A DNA stretch of 63,264 bases, the filler included, from Octopus bimaculoides (Eukaryota), in assembly GCF_001194135.2 (NCBI RefSeq). It is 5 parts of 4 records of this genome, joined end to end, with 100 filler letters (N's around TTAATTAATTAA, not from the genome) between each part and the next. Parts side by side here need not be neighbours in the genome. Positions count along the whole stretch, not along the records: positions 10,081 to 34,246 come from NC_068982.1; positions 34,347 to 50,333 come from NC_069000.1; 3 more parts are not named here. One strand, written 5' to 3'. The translations under genes were made by a program, and so were the position numbers. The notes beneath the pieces were generated by a model that made no database searches, was not told the DNA's origin, and saw only the letters and a program-made list of their open reading frames with translations. This document shows positions 23,420 to 36,085 of the stretch, piece after piece (position 1 is the stretch's first letter; every line of letters begins with the position of its first letter).

Positions 23420-25110
23420 ATCCTCGGTTTCGATTTCAACAAATGAAATTTTCCCATATACTTGCACTTGCTGAAAATTTTCAGATCTAGAATTAAATAG
23501 TGTGGTGGAACTCTTGGATTTAAAAAGAGTCTGCGACTTTTCAGCTACGCACAGTTTGTTTCTTAGATCCATTTACGTATCGCATTGCTTTCTCCAAGAT
23601 TTTGCACTTGGTTGAATATGGTGTACAGTTGGTCTTCAAACTCCATACGTAGAAAACCAACTTAGTGGCTTTACTCGTGATGCCGGAAAGAAGGCTGGTG
23701 GTTTGGACAACGCCTTTTAAAATTGCCTTCGTATAAACTGATGCAATTTTTTTTCAGTTACATTATCTTGAATTGTTTCTGTGACTACCGCCTCGTAGAT
23801 GACAGAGTTTATCATACATATTTGGTCAAACGGACAAGCTTTAATGTCTCCACCTAATTAAATTGGCAGTGGATTCTTGGTGAGGCTCACAATTGATATT
23901 GTTCTTCATGATGGAGCAACAGCCGTATGATTTTTGTCGAGTGTCTATAAAAAATCTTCTTGTATTTATGGTTTACTGGGAAATGCTTATCTAAAAGAGC
24001 CAGGAATTTGTTGTCTACGTTAGTTTTAACATTTAGGGAGAAAGGGGTGCGAATCATATTATTTTCCTAGGTTTATTTTTAAGTCTATTTTTTAGTATCA
24101 TATTTATAATTGAACGGTTGTAATATCTTTGAAGCCTCTGTTAGCTAGGGCAATGTAATAGTAGGGGCTGCCTTATCAAGTATTCCTTTTGAAGAGGAGA
24201 GATTAGATATCCTATTACTGATGTTAGCTATCAGGTTTTAAAACACTCAAAAGGTTGGGTGACAGGACTGTCTAATAAATACACGAGTTTATTGTTTGGT
24301 TTATAAGAGTGGTAGTTTAGGTTTAAGGAAACATCTAAAAACTCGACTTTGGGCAGATTAGTGGCTTAATTGATTAAAGGTATAAATGAGATTTTTCCTA
24401 AAGTTATCGAGAGTATGATCATCCCAGCCATGAGATATTCCCAACCCATCGTCCCGGTATAGGCCAATATCATGGGAAAGGAACTCGGGTCTCAATGTAT
24501 TTAAAATAAAGAGACTTAGAAGATCACAGATGTCCGCACTGTCATACGATGCCAACGATGCATTGAATAATTCATCTGCATCGGACTTTTTAACCCATGC
24601 TGAGCCCTTACTGGATAGAAGGGTTGGTACGTACATATTAATTGCAGTTAAGGACACAGTATTTCGATTTTACAACCATGCATATACACACATTATCAAT
24701 TTTTCTCTCTTCTATCGCATTGTTTACATAGATATAGTCTATTACGAAACGTCATAACTTGCAGTGCTCATTCTGAATTCTATAGAAAATCTATAGAGAT
24801 CAACTTAAAAGTGGAAATATCGAACTTCTAACACAAGTTAAAACACAATATTGGCTTGTAAACCTTTAATATACTTGATAGTATGTTATGGTGGTAAAAA
24901 CGGAACACTGTATCATTAAGATCAATTACTATGTACGTGCCAGCTGCCAGGAATGTGTTTAGTATGTAAATTGGTTTATCCAGTTGTGTTATACTGCTAA
25001 ACTTAATGAGTATTAAAGCAATGTATTCGTAGATAGATAATGGGTTGAATGTGATACTGATGAAACAGCAAGAACTCTTGAAAGATGCATATACACTCAT
25101 TACATACATT
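23420..25110 (-). mobile_element. Penelope-like element, RT plus C-terminal GIY-YIG endonuclease, decayed
   Basis: GSAWVKKSDADELFNASLASYDSADICDLLSLFIL...IGLYRDDGL (catalytic YRDD), TNLPKVEFLDVSLNL, HFPVNHKYKKIF and VIYEAVVTE...SLYEGNFKRR (GIY-YIG-like). Confidence 0.85.
24630..24937. mobile_element. MITE-like insertion (~310 bp) with ~55-bp imperfect TIRs
   Basis: Left CGTACATATTAATTGCAGTTAAGGACACAGTATTTCGATTTTACAACCAT vs reverse-complemented right CGTACATAGTAATTGATCTTAATGATACAGTGTTCCGTTTTTACCACCAT; it interrupts the PLE RT. Confidence 0.65.
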
Positions 25111-25371
25111 TTCTATCTTCGATCACATTGTCTACATATATGTATTCGAACTTGCAGTGCTGACTCCGTAACTTGCAGTGCTGACCAATGCCAGTCCTTT
25201 TGGATTCTATTTAACCATTTGTGTGTGGGGATCAGGTGTCTGTGTATGTCTGTATGTATGTATATGTGCGTGTATATGTGTAGACAGATACGTGCATAAA
25301 TATAGATGTGAATATGGGGATTTTATTGTGAAGTGCATTTGTGGATGGGTGTGCATGCGTAGGTATCTAAT

Positions 25372-26335
25372 TACAAGGTGAATTCCAGAAGTTTTAAAAC
25401 TTTTTCAGGAAAGACATTTATTAATTTCATGGAAGTACAAAACTCTAATCTCCTTCAAAGTAGGATCCTCTAACTCAATGCACTTGTTGTAGTGCTTTAA
25501 GCATTTCCCGAAGGTTCCACGGAAGTTCTCCAAAGTGAATGTGTCCAGAACCTTTGTAATGGCCACCTTCATCTTCTAAATGTCTTCAAAACCTGAGGCT
25601 CACCTTCAACTTGGGAAACAAAATCACAGGGAGTAGTCTTGACTATAAGGAGGGATGGGGGTCAGCTTGGTTCTCAAATAGTTGGCTACCAGGATGGAAT
25701 TGTAAACCGGTACATTGTCTTAGTACGGGCATCACCGACCTGAGTAGAAGAACTTAGGCTGTTTACAACGAAATCTCTTTGTAAACTCTCCCAAAACCTC
25801 TACAAAGTACTCTTTGTAAACCTTCTGGCCAGAGGGAACTCAATGGATGTCGATGATGTCCTTGCAGTCGAAAAGGGAATCATCATGAGCTTCCCGGTGC
25901 TTCACCTGGCCGTCTTGATTCTGGGAGAGCTAGGATGCTTCCATTGGACAGTCAGTTGCCTGCTCTCTGGATCACGACAGTAGATCTAGCTTTTGCCGCA
26001 GGTCACCAGACACTCAACTAGTCTTGGATTGAAGGTAATGAGCTCAACCATCTCCCTAGTATTATTAACGCGTCTTTCCTTCTGTTCTCACTGAGAATCC
26101 TGGGAACATGAATAATTTTGTGTACACTTGTCATACCAACTCCAAACTGTATGTTTATTGTCTTTATAAACACATAAAAACCTTCATTCAGAAAATTGCG
26201 AATTTTCTCAACCAGCTCTGGCGTTCTGGCGTCCTTCTCCCTCACATACCTCACATAGTCTCTCACCTCCTCTCAATTGTCCTTGAACCGCTTATGCCAG
26301 TGAAAAACATATGCTCAGCTCATACAAGTTAATCC
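25372..26335 (-). mobile_element. Decayed mariner transposon, 5'-truncated
   Basis: VFHWHKRFKD, HVPRILS, QWKHPSSPR, FDCKDIIDI and the C-terminal GSYFEGD pattern; TIR-like TACAAGGTGAATTCCAGAAGTT at 25372. Confidence 0.85.
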
Positions 26336-26339
26336 ATAA

Positions 26340-29300
26340 GCAGTCTGGAGCATTTCGTAAGTTTTCATCTTCTCTCTTTACAACCCTGGCATCAAACGGA
26401 CATGAGGGATCAATCAGTAAACAACTCTGCTTTTCCTTGTCTATTACTGTTCGTCTAGTTTATTATTTTCTAGCTTCTCTGTGTGAAAAGGAAAATACCA
26501 TAAAATATGGCATTTCTCCGACTCGAGCACTCTTTTAACCCGATGATTATATCAAGTACTTCCAGTTTCAAATCTTCCTGTCTGACAAATTTTCCAGTGC
26601 AAAACTTTCACAACTTGGCCATGCCTTCATTTCTGATATTCTCCCTGAGCCTACATGGGACATTCTGCAACAATGTGTACCACTGTTTCATCCCAAATTC
26701 CACACACTCAAAATAAGTCTCTGCTTCTTTTTTAAATTGTCATCTTGTCAACGAAGCCAAAGTTTTTGTTCCACATGCATCCTCGGTGGTTTTTCAAAAC
26801 TGACTATGCTAAGGATTCTCTTCGATCTGTTTAACACGCTCTCTTTCTGTCTGTCTTCAAGTACAACCGATTAATATCAACTTTCAAGCGGTGGGCTCCA
26901 TACATTGTCAACAGCCTTCTAGTTTTTCTGTCAAGTTTCCTTAAGTCACTTTTGGTCCAATCTGCAATTCCAACTCCGTATCTGATTACTAGAGCTATTG
27001 CTTCTATAACATACCATCTGTTGCTTCTATAACATTTTTTTTTTATTCAACTTTGACTGTAATATTTTTCTCACTCTCCCTACTGGTAATTTGCTTCATC
27101 TCTAGATGTTTTATTTCATCTGCCTCCAGTATTCCCAAATATTTATACCACTATCCTTTCTCCACTGCTTTCATTGTTTGTCCATTTGCATTTCTATTAC
27201 CTAACTTCCTTCAAATCTTCCTCGCTTCCTTTTCAATATAGAGCACTTTTCAATCCCAGATTCCATAGATACACCATTTGAGAAAATGCGAACTATATGT
27301 ACAAGACTTTCAAGCTGCTTCTCATTTTCGCATAAAGCTTTATGTCATCCATAAAAAGGAGATGATTTATATCCTTTTCCCAAATCATAAGCTATTTTAA
27401 CTTCTCGTAATATCAAACTGAGTGGTATCCTGGCAATACAAATAGTAATGGAGATAAACTATCACTTTGAAATACCACGTCTGATCACTTTCCCAGGTTT
27501 TGTTTTCCTCCAATCAATTCAGTATTTCAATGTTTCATACTTTCATTAACCATTTTCTCCATATTTTCTGCCACTCCAAACAAGCTTATTGTTTTACTTA
27601 TCCAACTAAACGGTACCATGTCATATGCTTTCCTATAATTCAACCCGTCAGTCTACGTCTACAATATCTAATTATCATTTTATCAACTAATAAATGGTCT
27701 TTTGTTGCTCTGCTTTGTTTTCTGCATCCTTTCTGTTCTACTAGAAGTAGATTGTTACTTTCCAAATGATTATATAATTTTTTCGCTAAGCTACCACATA
27801 AGTGGTAAACAGATTATAGGTCTAAAATTTGATACGAATTTGCCTTTCAAGAGGTCCTTGAGACATAAAAACATTTTCCCACTTCTCATCCAGGTAAGAC
27901 GTGACCCTTCTGCATGCATTCATCCAGGTGTGCAGCGATGCTTTCATGCAACAGTGTAAAATTCTTCAGCTAATAACCTTGTACTCCAACCGGGTCAGAT
28001 CCTTTCCAATTCGCTATTTTTTAACTTCAGTCTCACTGAATACAAATCAATTCTAACATCCTTTTGTCTTGATACACTTCCAAGTTGTCTCTCCACCTGT
28101 GTTAGCCACTCTGCACTTTCTTTTGTTCCAACATTTTCACGAAAAGACTTTACTTCTTCCGCAACAGGAATCACTTCTTGATGTTATTCCCCCTCTATTT
28201 CCTCAAAGAGATGCTTTGTGTTTGATTGAAACAACCTATCTGTGTAAAACCTTTGCATCTAGCATCATATCTTTTCAATTTGGCCTTTAAGGCGTCACTT
28301 TTCTGACAATTCTTCATATACAGTTTGCTTTTCCCTTTCTTCTAACCTGTTCTGTCCATTAAATTTTCTGATTAATATCTCATTCTTGAGTTCTCTCATT
28401 ATGCTATTCAATTGCTCCAGTTTTTCCGTGTCTTTTCCAAATTCTTTCGTATTTTCTTTCTTCAGTTTGGATCTTTCTTTTCATATCCCTTCTTTTCTTC
28501 GACAATCTTTCACGTGTGCCCTGTTCTGTCAGCTACAACACTTGCAGAAGTTATGATTAGCTGGTTTGTTTCACTAATATTTTCTGTTTTAACCAAGCTC
28601 CAAACACCAATTATTTTGCCTGCAGCTCTCCTTACTTTTCCTCTGTCCATATACCTTACTTTGCTCCATATACTTTCATTGTTCACACCACACATTTTCC
28701 CTCGCAGCATTTCTAGAATCTCTCCCTCTTCATAGTTCAAATCTTGTGCAACATTTACTGTTACTTGTCCAGCTAGATCATCTTCACTATTTACTTCATC
28801 AGCATTCTCAAGCACAAAGTAATTTCCTTACTTAACATTTTCTTTATCTCTTATTCCTTCATTGCCCATTTCTGCTACTGTTGTTTCACACACTTCCTGT
28901 TCATTTTTTGATTCTTCTCTGAAGTTCCTCAACCTCTAATCCTGTACTCCAATCATTTATACAAATTGTAATTTATAGAAATTGTCTATCAATCGTTTGG
29001 CGGAAGCTTCAAAGACTCTATTCATCACAAATTCTCTTCATTTGTTTCATGACACTTTTTTTAGTTGGGTTACTTCTCAGCCAACATTCAAACACGATCT
29101 TATTTACCTCTTTTTTTCCATTTCATTGTCATCCCTCTGCACTTTTGACTTCGATTCTGGTCCTTCTCAATGACTTAATGACGACCTGCCGAAGCTTGAT
29201 CAGATGTTCCATGCCTGCCGTGAACGACACTTTACCTCTAACGGTTACGGTCCCGTTAACGCAGTTATGATTATTACATGAATTAGACATCGCACACTTT

Positions 29301-29340
29301 GAGGTAGCATTTGTAAGGTTATGCAATCACTAGTATTTTT
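26340..29340 (-). mobile_element. Near full-length decayed R4/Dong-clade LINE
   Basis: KWKKEVNKIVFECWLRS (N-terminus), KIANWKGSDPVGVQGY, SDSLSPLLFV, INHLLFMDDIKLYA (27331-27370), ETVVHIVAECP and a REL remnant with CLLIDPSCPFD. Confidence 0.88.
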
Positions 29341-29771
29341 ATTGTGAAAACATCATTAGGTGGGTTGCCAACCAAGGCTCAGAGAGTTCACACCTACACT
29401 CATATACACTGTTGTCGGGCTTCCTTGAGTTCATCCGTCCTTTGACGGGCCATGTTTTTACTGCAGTTTGTCCAAATACCACCCTCCTCATCAACCACGC
29501 TCGGTGGATTTGCCGGTTTAGTCGCCGACGACCTGATCTTTAGTATGTTTCGTTTAAATCTAATTATAGCATACACTCACCAACACCGGAAGCTTGTTAG
29601 ACAGTTCCTCCTAACCAACACAATAAGACAAGTACAATATACAACTGAGATCTTCCTCCTATTCATTTGTCAACATCACTGCTTGGTCTGACACATTATC
29701 ATCACCATCATCATCGTCATCCTCCTCCTCCTCCTCCTCCTCCTCATCATCATCATCATCATCATCATCAT

Positions 29772-32700
29772 TCTCATTATTTTTCAGTAGTTTTATTTTT
29801 ATTGCGTACTTTCACTGCACTACTGAGCGCGGCTCTGCGTGCCTTGGGTATGTGCTGTGGTTTGCTGTGATGCTCTTAGTGTTACTTGTCTTGAAAGTGT
29901 TTTACGTAAGATGTGTGAGGTGCCTAGTAGTGCTATTTTCTGTGTGTTATGTATATTTGTTAGTCCTAATGTTTTTGTTATGTATTTGAGTATTTTTTAT
30001 CATACCTAATGCGCCTATTATGATAGGAATTGTTTCTGTTTTTAGACTCCACATTCGAGTTACCTCTATTTCCAGGTCTTTGTATTTTGAAAGTTCTCCA
30101 TTTCTTTTAGAGAAACGTTGTCATCTGTTGGTATTGATACATCGATTAGAAAGCATTTTTTCTTCATGATTTCTGACAAATATATCTGGCGTATATTTCT
30201 CTATCTGTGTGTATTGGTACATCCCATAGTATGGTTGCTTTCTAATTTTCTGTGACCTTTCTGGCGTGTACCTATACTATCTTTTTTCTGTTGTTATTCC
30301 ATAGTGTTGACATAGCTTCCAGTGTATGTAGGTCCAAGCATCGTCGTGTCTGTGAATATATTCCTTCTTAGCCAGGACTGGGCAACCAGAGACAATATGG
30401 TTTATTGTTTCATCTACATATCCACATATTCTGCAGGTACTTGTATTTCTTTTCGTTACATGTTTCTGATAATTTCTGGTTGGAAAGCTTTGATCTTGTG
30501 CTGCAATTAAAAATTCTTCAGTCTCTGCTTTGAGTTCTGAGCTTCTCAGCCATCGTTGGGATTTTGCTTAGTCTATTTCTTTTCTGTTTAGTTTAACCCA
30601 GTATTTGCCATGAAGGGGCTTTTTTGCCATCGTTTTATCATGATACGTTGCTGTTCCAGTTTTAGTTTGGATTTCAGTTGTTTTACAGCTTATGTTGTTT
30701 CTTCTTTTTCTTCGTAGTTGTTAGGTACTATGACTTCTTGTTTATATTTGTCAGCTTCCTTAAAGACTGAAAACAATTTTTTGTTTTGTTCGTGTTTTGT
30801 GGCTATTTGTATTAGCTTTCCTTACTTCTAAAATAGGTATTTCTGTAGTCCTATGGTGCTTATTTTGTAATAGTTTTCTAGCTTTATAAGGCCTCTACCA
30901 CCTTTGATATGTTGTATATATAACCTTTCTATGTCAGATTTTAGGCAACGCATCCTAAATCCTGTCATTATTTTTCTTGTTTTCCTGTCTCTTTTGATTA
31001 GTTCATTTAGAGTCCAGTTAAGAATATTGTAACTGTAACTTATAACGTGGACGGCTAAAGTGTTGATACCTATTATCTTGTTTTTCGCATTGAGATCTGT
31101 TTTCAGTATTAATCTGTCTATAGTATTCTTTTTCATTTTCTCTTTCATTTGTGTGTGTTGTATCATATCTAGTTCATTGATTCCTAATTATTTGAATGTC
31201 TGACCTTCGTCTAATTCTCTCATTTCCTTTGCTTTATCTAGTGTGATGTTGCTTCTCTTAACAAGGTTGATTTGGCACATTTTTGCTACTCTTAACAAGG
31301 TTGCTTTGGCACATTTTTCTAAGCCAAATTTCATGTCAGGCATTGTCTCTGGCTTTGCTAGTATTTCATAAAATTTCTCAGCCGGCTTTTTATGTGTTCC
31401 TGTTAGGTATTTTAACCAGAAGTTGGGGATCTTGTCGTGCCCGGGTGCCTTCCAGTTACTTAGTTTTAGCAGTGCATGGGTGATCTCTTCAGTTGTTATA
31501 GGGGTCCAGATATGTTTAAGTGCTGTGTTCGTTGTTTTGATAGATCTTTTCTGAGGTTGTTCCTTCGCCGTTTTTCCACTTCTGCTGTTGGTGCTGCATT
31601 GATCTTTATTTTGTTTTTGCCAAGATCTTGGTAGAATCTTTTGTGAGTGGAGTTGAACTGCTTGTTTTGTTCAAATAAACGTTGGCGTTTCTCATACCGG
31701 CAGATTCTTTGTGCTTTTACGAGGGTATCTTACTTTAGCTGTTCTTTTACCTCAGGTGTACCTTGTTCTGTAATTTTGTATTTATGTAGTATATTCCTTC
31801 TCTTCTTGTTGCTTAGTAGTATTGATTGTCATTAAGGATTGACAGATCCTTTCTTTTATTTTCTATTTTTTCTGGATATTATTTATCCACATGGTTTGTT
31901 TGGGTGGTGATGCTCCTGTTGGATGGGTTTTAGAGGGTAACCAGCTTCTGTGGCCACAGAAGCGGCTGCATATATTATATCGTTTAGCCTGGTAATATTG
32001 ACATTTGTTTCTATGGCTATTTGTTCTCTGACGGCCAGGTTCATGCTACTTATTATTGATGTTTTGCTATCAATTTTGAATTTTGGGAGGTATAATCAGT
32101 GGTCCCTATTGAGATCTGTGACTGTCAATTCTTTGATTATGCTCATTTTTAAAATACCATAATCATTAGTTTCGCCTTCCCTGTTTCCAGGTTTTAGATT
32201 TGTTTTGTATTCCCTCCCGTTCATATTTTTGTCTTTGGTGTTCTGGTTTGGTGCATTTTGCTCATCATTATACATTCCTACGGTTTGGGCTTGTTGTCTT
32301 TCATTGTTTACTTCGTTTTTGTTGGACGTGTTACGTCTGTCTTTGTGTTTTACAGTCCCAGGGCTTATGACATTATTTGGCATTGCTGTGTGGTTACTAT
32401 CTACGTTTTTCTGGTGTATTTTTCTTTTTAAGTGTTCTAATTCTATTTCTGATATTTTTTGTTTTGAGAATATATCTCTGTATGTTAGCTAGTTTATTAG
32501 GGTTCATTGCTGCATTCAAATCTTTATCTAGGTTATTTTTCGTCCAGATTTTATATGTATATGTTGTTGTGTTTTCGTTCTTTAGTAGAACACTGCTGTA
32601 AAATAAGCGTGTATGACTGAAATATATTCCTTATGTGTCCATTTATGCTCTTTTGATTTTATTTGCGGGACATGAGGAATAAAGTTCGGCTCTTTATTTT

Positions 32701-32820
32701 GACGGTCATCATTTTCATATGATACCGGTCTGTTCATTTTTAGTGTTAAATGGTTTTGCACGTGTAGTTTTTCGAACTTTTTGTGTAACAAATTCAAAGT
32801 ACGTACTCCCGTTTGTTATC
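29772..32820 (-). mobile_element. Second R4/Dong-clade LINE, RT core deleted, with 3' end and AAT/GAT tail
   Basis: KWTHKEYISVIHAY (N-terminus), KTDLNAKNKIIGINTLAV...GGRGLIKLE (RT thumb), HIVSGCPVLAKKEY and ELSKYKDLEIEVTRMWSLKTETIPIIIGALG (REL end). Confidence 0.88.
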
Positions 32821-32921
32821 CTTGGGTTGAATAATACGGGCATTAACTAATTATTTTTTCAATTTTTGTGTGTGCAAGGTGGTTGGGGACGGAGGTGGTC
32901 TGATGTTGATTAGATCATAAT

Positions 32922-33225
32922 GTGGCGAGCGAGTTTACACGTGTTGTGCGAGTGATGGAGAAGATACACAGTAAAAATACATCATTTCATTTGGAAAATA
33001 GAAATAAATTTTAATGAGTATTACTTAGATATAGTCCAACACTTTTAATGAGTATTACTTACTCGGGTATAGTCAAACACTTTGTCAGTGTGGCGAGCGT
33101 GTTTGCACGTGTTGTGCGAGTGACGGAGATCATACACAGTTAAAATACATAATTTCGTTCTGAAAATAGAAAAAAAATGTTAATGAGTATTACTTACTCG
33201 CATATCGTTCAACACTTTGTCAGTT
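32922..33225 (+). repeat. Two diverged direct repeats with a ~168-bp period
   Basis: GTGGCGAGCG(A/T)GTTT(A/G)CACGTGTTGTGCGAGTGA... starts at ~32922 and ~33090; the sub-repeat TAATGAGTATTACTTA occurs three times. Confidence 0.8.
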
Positions 33226-33323
33226 ATTTTAGGCTCCATTTGTTGTGTTTATTCCCAATGTTTTTGGATAGATTTCGGAGCAGTGTTTTATCGCTCTCAC
33301 ATGTTAAACATCCCCGGTGTTCC

Positions 33324-33385
<62 letters not shown>

Positions 33386-33388
33386 GTA

Positions 33389-33474
<86 letters not shown>
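33324..33474 (+). repeat. (ATT)n microsatellite
   Basis: Directly visible; ends at an N gap. Confidence 0.95.
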
Positions 33475-33499
33475 NNNNNNNNNNNNNNNNNNNNNNNNN

Positions 33500-33968
33500 N
33501 ATGTTTTGAGTACAAATTACGCCGAGGTCAACTTTGCCTTTCATCCTTTCGGATTCGGTAAATTAAGTACGAGTGAAACACTGGGGTCGATGTAATCGAC
33601 TTATTCTCTTCCCCAAAATGGCTGCCCTTGTGACAAAATTTGAAACCATCATCATTATTATTATTATCTAAGGCGGCGAGCTGGCAGAATCTTTAGCATG
33701 CCGGGCGAAATGCTTAGCGGCATTTCGTCCGTGCTTACGTTCTGAGATCAAATCCCATCGAGATCGACTTTGCCTTTTATCCTTTTGGGGTCGATAAATT
33801 AAGTACCAGTGAAACACTGGGGTCAATGTAATTGATTAGTCCCCTCCTACTAAATTTCATGTCATGTGCCTTTAGTAGAAATTATCTTTTTCAGCCATGT
33901 TGGAAGTTGAGTGCTGATACTTCCAAGTGCACTAGTTACTATTATTATCATCATTATTATTATTATTA

Positions 33969-34035
<67 letters not shown>

Positions 34036-34246
34036 GAAGATATTGAGTTGGCAGAATCGTTAGCACGCTGGATGAAATGCTTAGCGGTGTTTCGCACGTT
34101 GCTACGTTCTGAGTTCAAATTCCGCCGAAGTCGACTTTGCCGTTCTTCCTTCCGGGGTCGATAAATTAAGTACCAGTTGAGTACAGGGGTCGATGTAATC
34201 GACTTAACCCCAAATTTCAGGCCATGTGCCTAGTGTAGAAAGGATT
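33500..34246 (+). mobile_element. Three tandem SINE family A copies separated by (ATT)n tracts
   Basis: GGCGGCGAGCTGGCAGAA (A-box-like), TTCTGAGTTCAAAT (B-box-like) and the core GTCGACTTTGCC..TCCTTTCGGGGTCGATAAATTAAGTACCAGT. Confidence 0.85.
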
Positions 34247-34346
34247 NNNNNNNNNNNNNNNNNNNNNNNNNNNNNNNNNNNNNNNNNNNNTTAATTAATT
34301 AANNNNNNNNNNNNNNNNNNNNNNNNNNNNNNNNNNNNNNNNNNNN
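34247..34346. other. Artificial spacer N44-TTAATTAATTAA-N44
   Basis: Identical to 9981-10080. Confidence 0.95.
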
Positions 34347-34655
34347 CTTCCACAGGTTCCCTCAACTGGTAGGGTGTGGCACTTTTTCATACAGCTATCC
34401 TCATCCATTCTCGCCACATGACCATACCAACGCAATCGTCTCTCTTGCACACCACAACTGATGCTTCTTAGGTTCAACTTTTCTCTCAAGGTACTTACAC
34501 TCTGTTGAGTATGCACACTGACATTACACATCCATCGGAGCATACTGGTTTCATTCCTTGCGAGTTTACGCATGTCCTCAGCAGTTACAGCCCATGTTTC
34601 ACTGCCTTGTAGCATGGCAGTTCGTACACATGCATCATACAGTCTGCCTTTTACT
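34347..34655 (-). mobile_element. RTE-clade LINE ORF C-terminal fragment
   Basis: GSETWAVTAEDMRKLARNETSMLRWMC...ERRLRWYGHVARM, the typical RTE post-RT motif. Confidence 0.88.
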
Positions 34656-34944
34656 CTGAGTGAGAGGCCCTTTATATAAATATATGATTTGATATCAATT
34701 TATTGGAAACGGTTGAATGAAAAACAGTCGATCAGAAAAGGTTGGCTGAAGAAAAAATAAACGTGGCAACAACAAAACAATAGACAAAAATAGAAGCAAT
34801 TGATCGAAGTAACAGTTGCTGAAATCAACATTGACCCGAATTTTAATCAAATATTTGTGGTACTAGAAATAGGTTAATGGAAGATAGTAATATCATCCCA
34901 TTGTACTAAAATAATTATTTGGAATAATTTGTATGTTATATGAT

Positions 34945-35140
34945 ATAGGTGTATACATGACTGTGTGGTTTAGAAGCTCACATTTCAATCACATGGTTCT
35001 GGGTTCAGTCCCACTGCGGTAACTTGTGTGAAGTGTCTTCTATTATAGCTCTGGGTTGACCAATGCCTTGTGAGTGAATTTGGTGAATGAAAACTGCATG
35101 GAGGCCAGTTGTGCATGCGTGTGTACGTATGTATGTATGC

Positions 35141-35150
<10 letters not shown>
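34945..35150 (+). mobile_element. SINE family C, 5' half
   Basis: GACTGTGTGGTT..CACATGGTTCTGGGTTCAGTCCCACTGCG..AAGTGTCTTCTATTATAGC. Confidence 0.75.
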
Positions 35151-35171
<21 letters not shown>

Positions 35172-35306
35172 TATATNNNNNNNNNNNNNNNNNNNNNNNN
35201 NNNNNNNNNNNNNNNNNNNNNNNNNNNNNNNNNNNNNNNNNNNNNNNNNNNNNNNNNNNNNNNNNNNNNNNNNNNNNNNNNNNNNNNNNNNNNNNNNNNN
35301 NNNNNN

Positions 35307-35471
35307 CATGCTGGAGCACTGCATTTAGTCAAGCAAATTTACTCCAATGCATGTTCTTTGTAAGCCTAGTACTTATTCTATCTGTCTCCCTTGCTGAACT
35401 GCCAAGTTATGTGGACGTAAACACTTCAACATCGCTTGTCAAGTGATGTTGGGGGGACAAACACAGACATA

Positions 35472-35510
<39 letters not shown>

Positions 35511-35683
35511 TAACATATACGATGGACTTCTTCCAGTTTCCATCTACTAAATCCACTCACAAGGCTTTGGTCGGCCTGAGGCTATAGTAGAAGACACTTG
35601 CCCAAAGTGCCATGCAGTGGGACAGAACCCAGGACTATGTAGTTGGTAAGCAAGCTACTTACCACACAGCCACTTCTGCACCT
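35307..35683 (-). mobile_element. SINE family C, full copy
   Basis: Reverse complement matches 38290-38657, including the internal dinucleotide tract. Confidence 0.85.
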
Positions 35684-35818
35684 ATATACATTAAATTAAT
35701 AATATTTTATATATGTATATTATTATTAATTTAATGTATAAATTACCTAGAAGTTTCGATAGCATGCTGACTACCTGATAAAAATCATTAATGTGATATT
35801 TATCCTTTTATTCTATAC

Positions 35819-35890
<72 letters not shown>

Positions 35891-35910
35891 ATATATATAT
35901 ATATATATGA

Positions 35911-36085
35911 CAACCACTCTCTGAGTGGTTGGCGTTAGGAAGGGCATCCAGCTGTAGAAACTCTGCCAAATCAGACTGGAGCCTGGTGTTGCCATCCGGT
36001 TTCACCAGTCCTCAGTCAAATCGTCCAACCCATGCTAGCATGGAAAGCGGACGTTAAACGATGATGATGATGATGATGATGATGA
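35911..36085 (+). mobile_element. 3' portion of an abundant SINE/LINE tail ending in (ATG)n
   Basis: GTTGGCGTTAGGAAGGGCATCCAGCTGTAGAAAC...CCATGCTAGCATGGAAAGCGGACGTTAAACGATGATG; a related inverted copy lies near 41960-42020. Confidence 0.7.
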
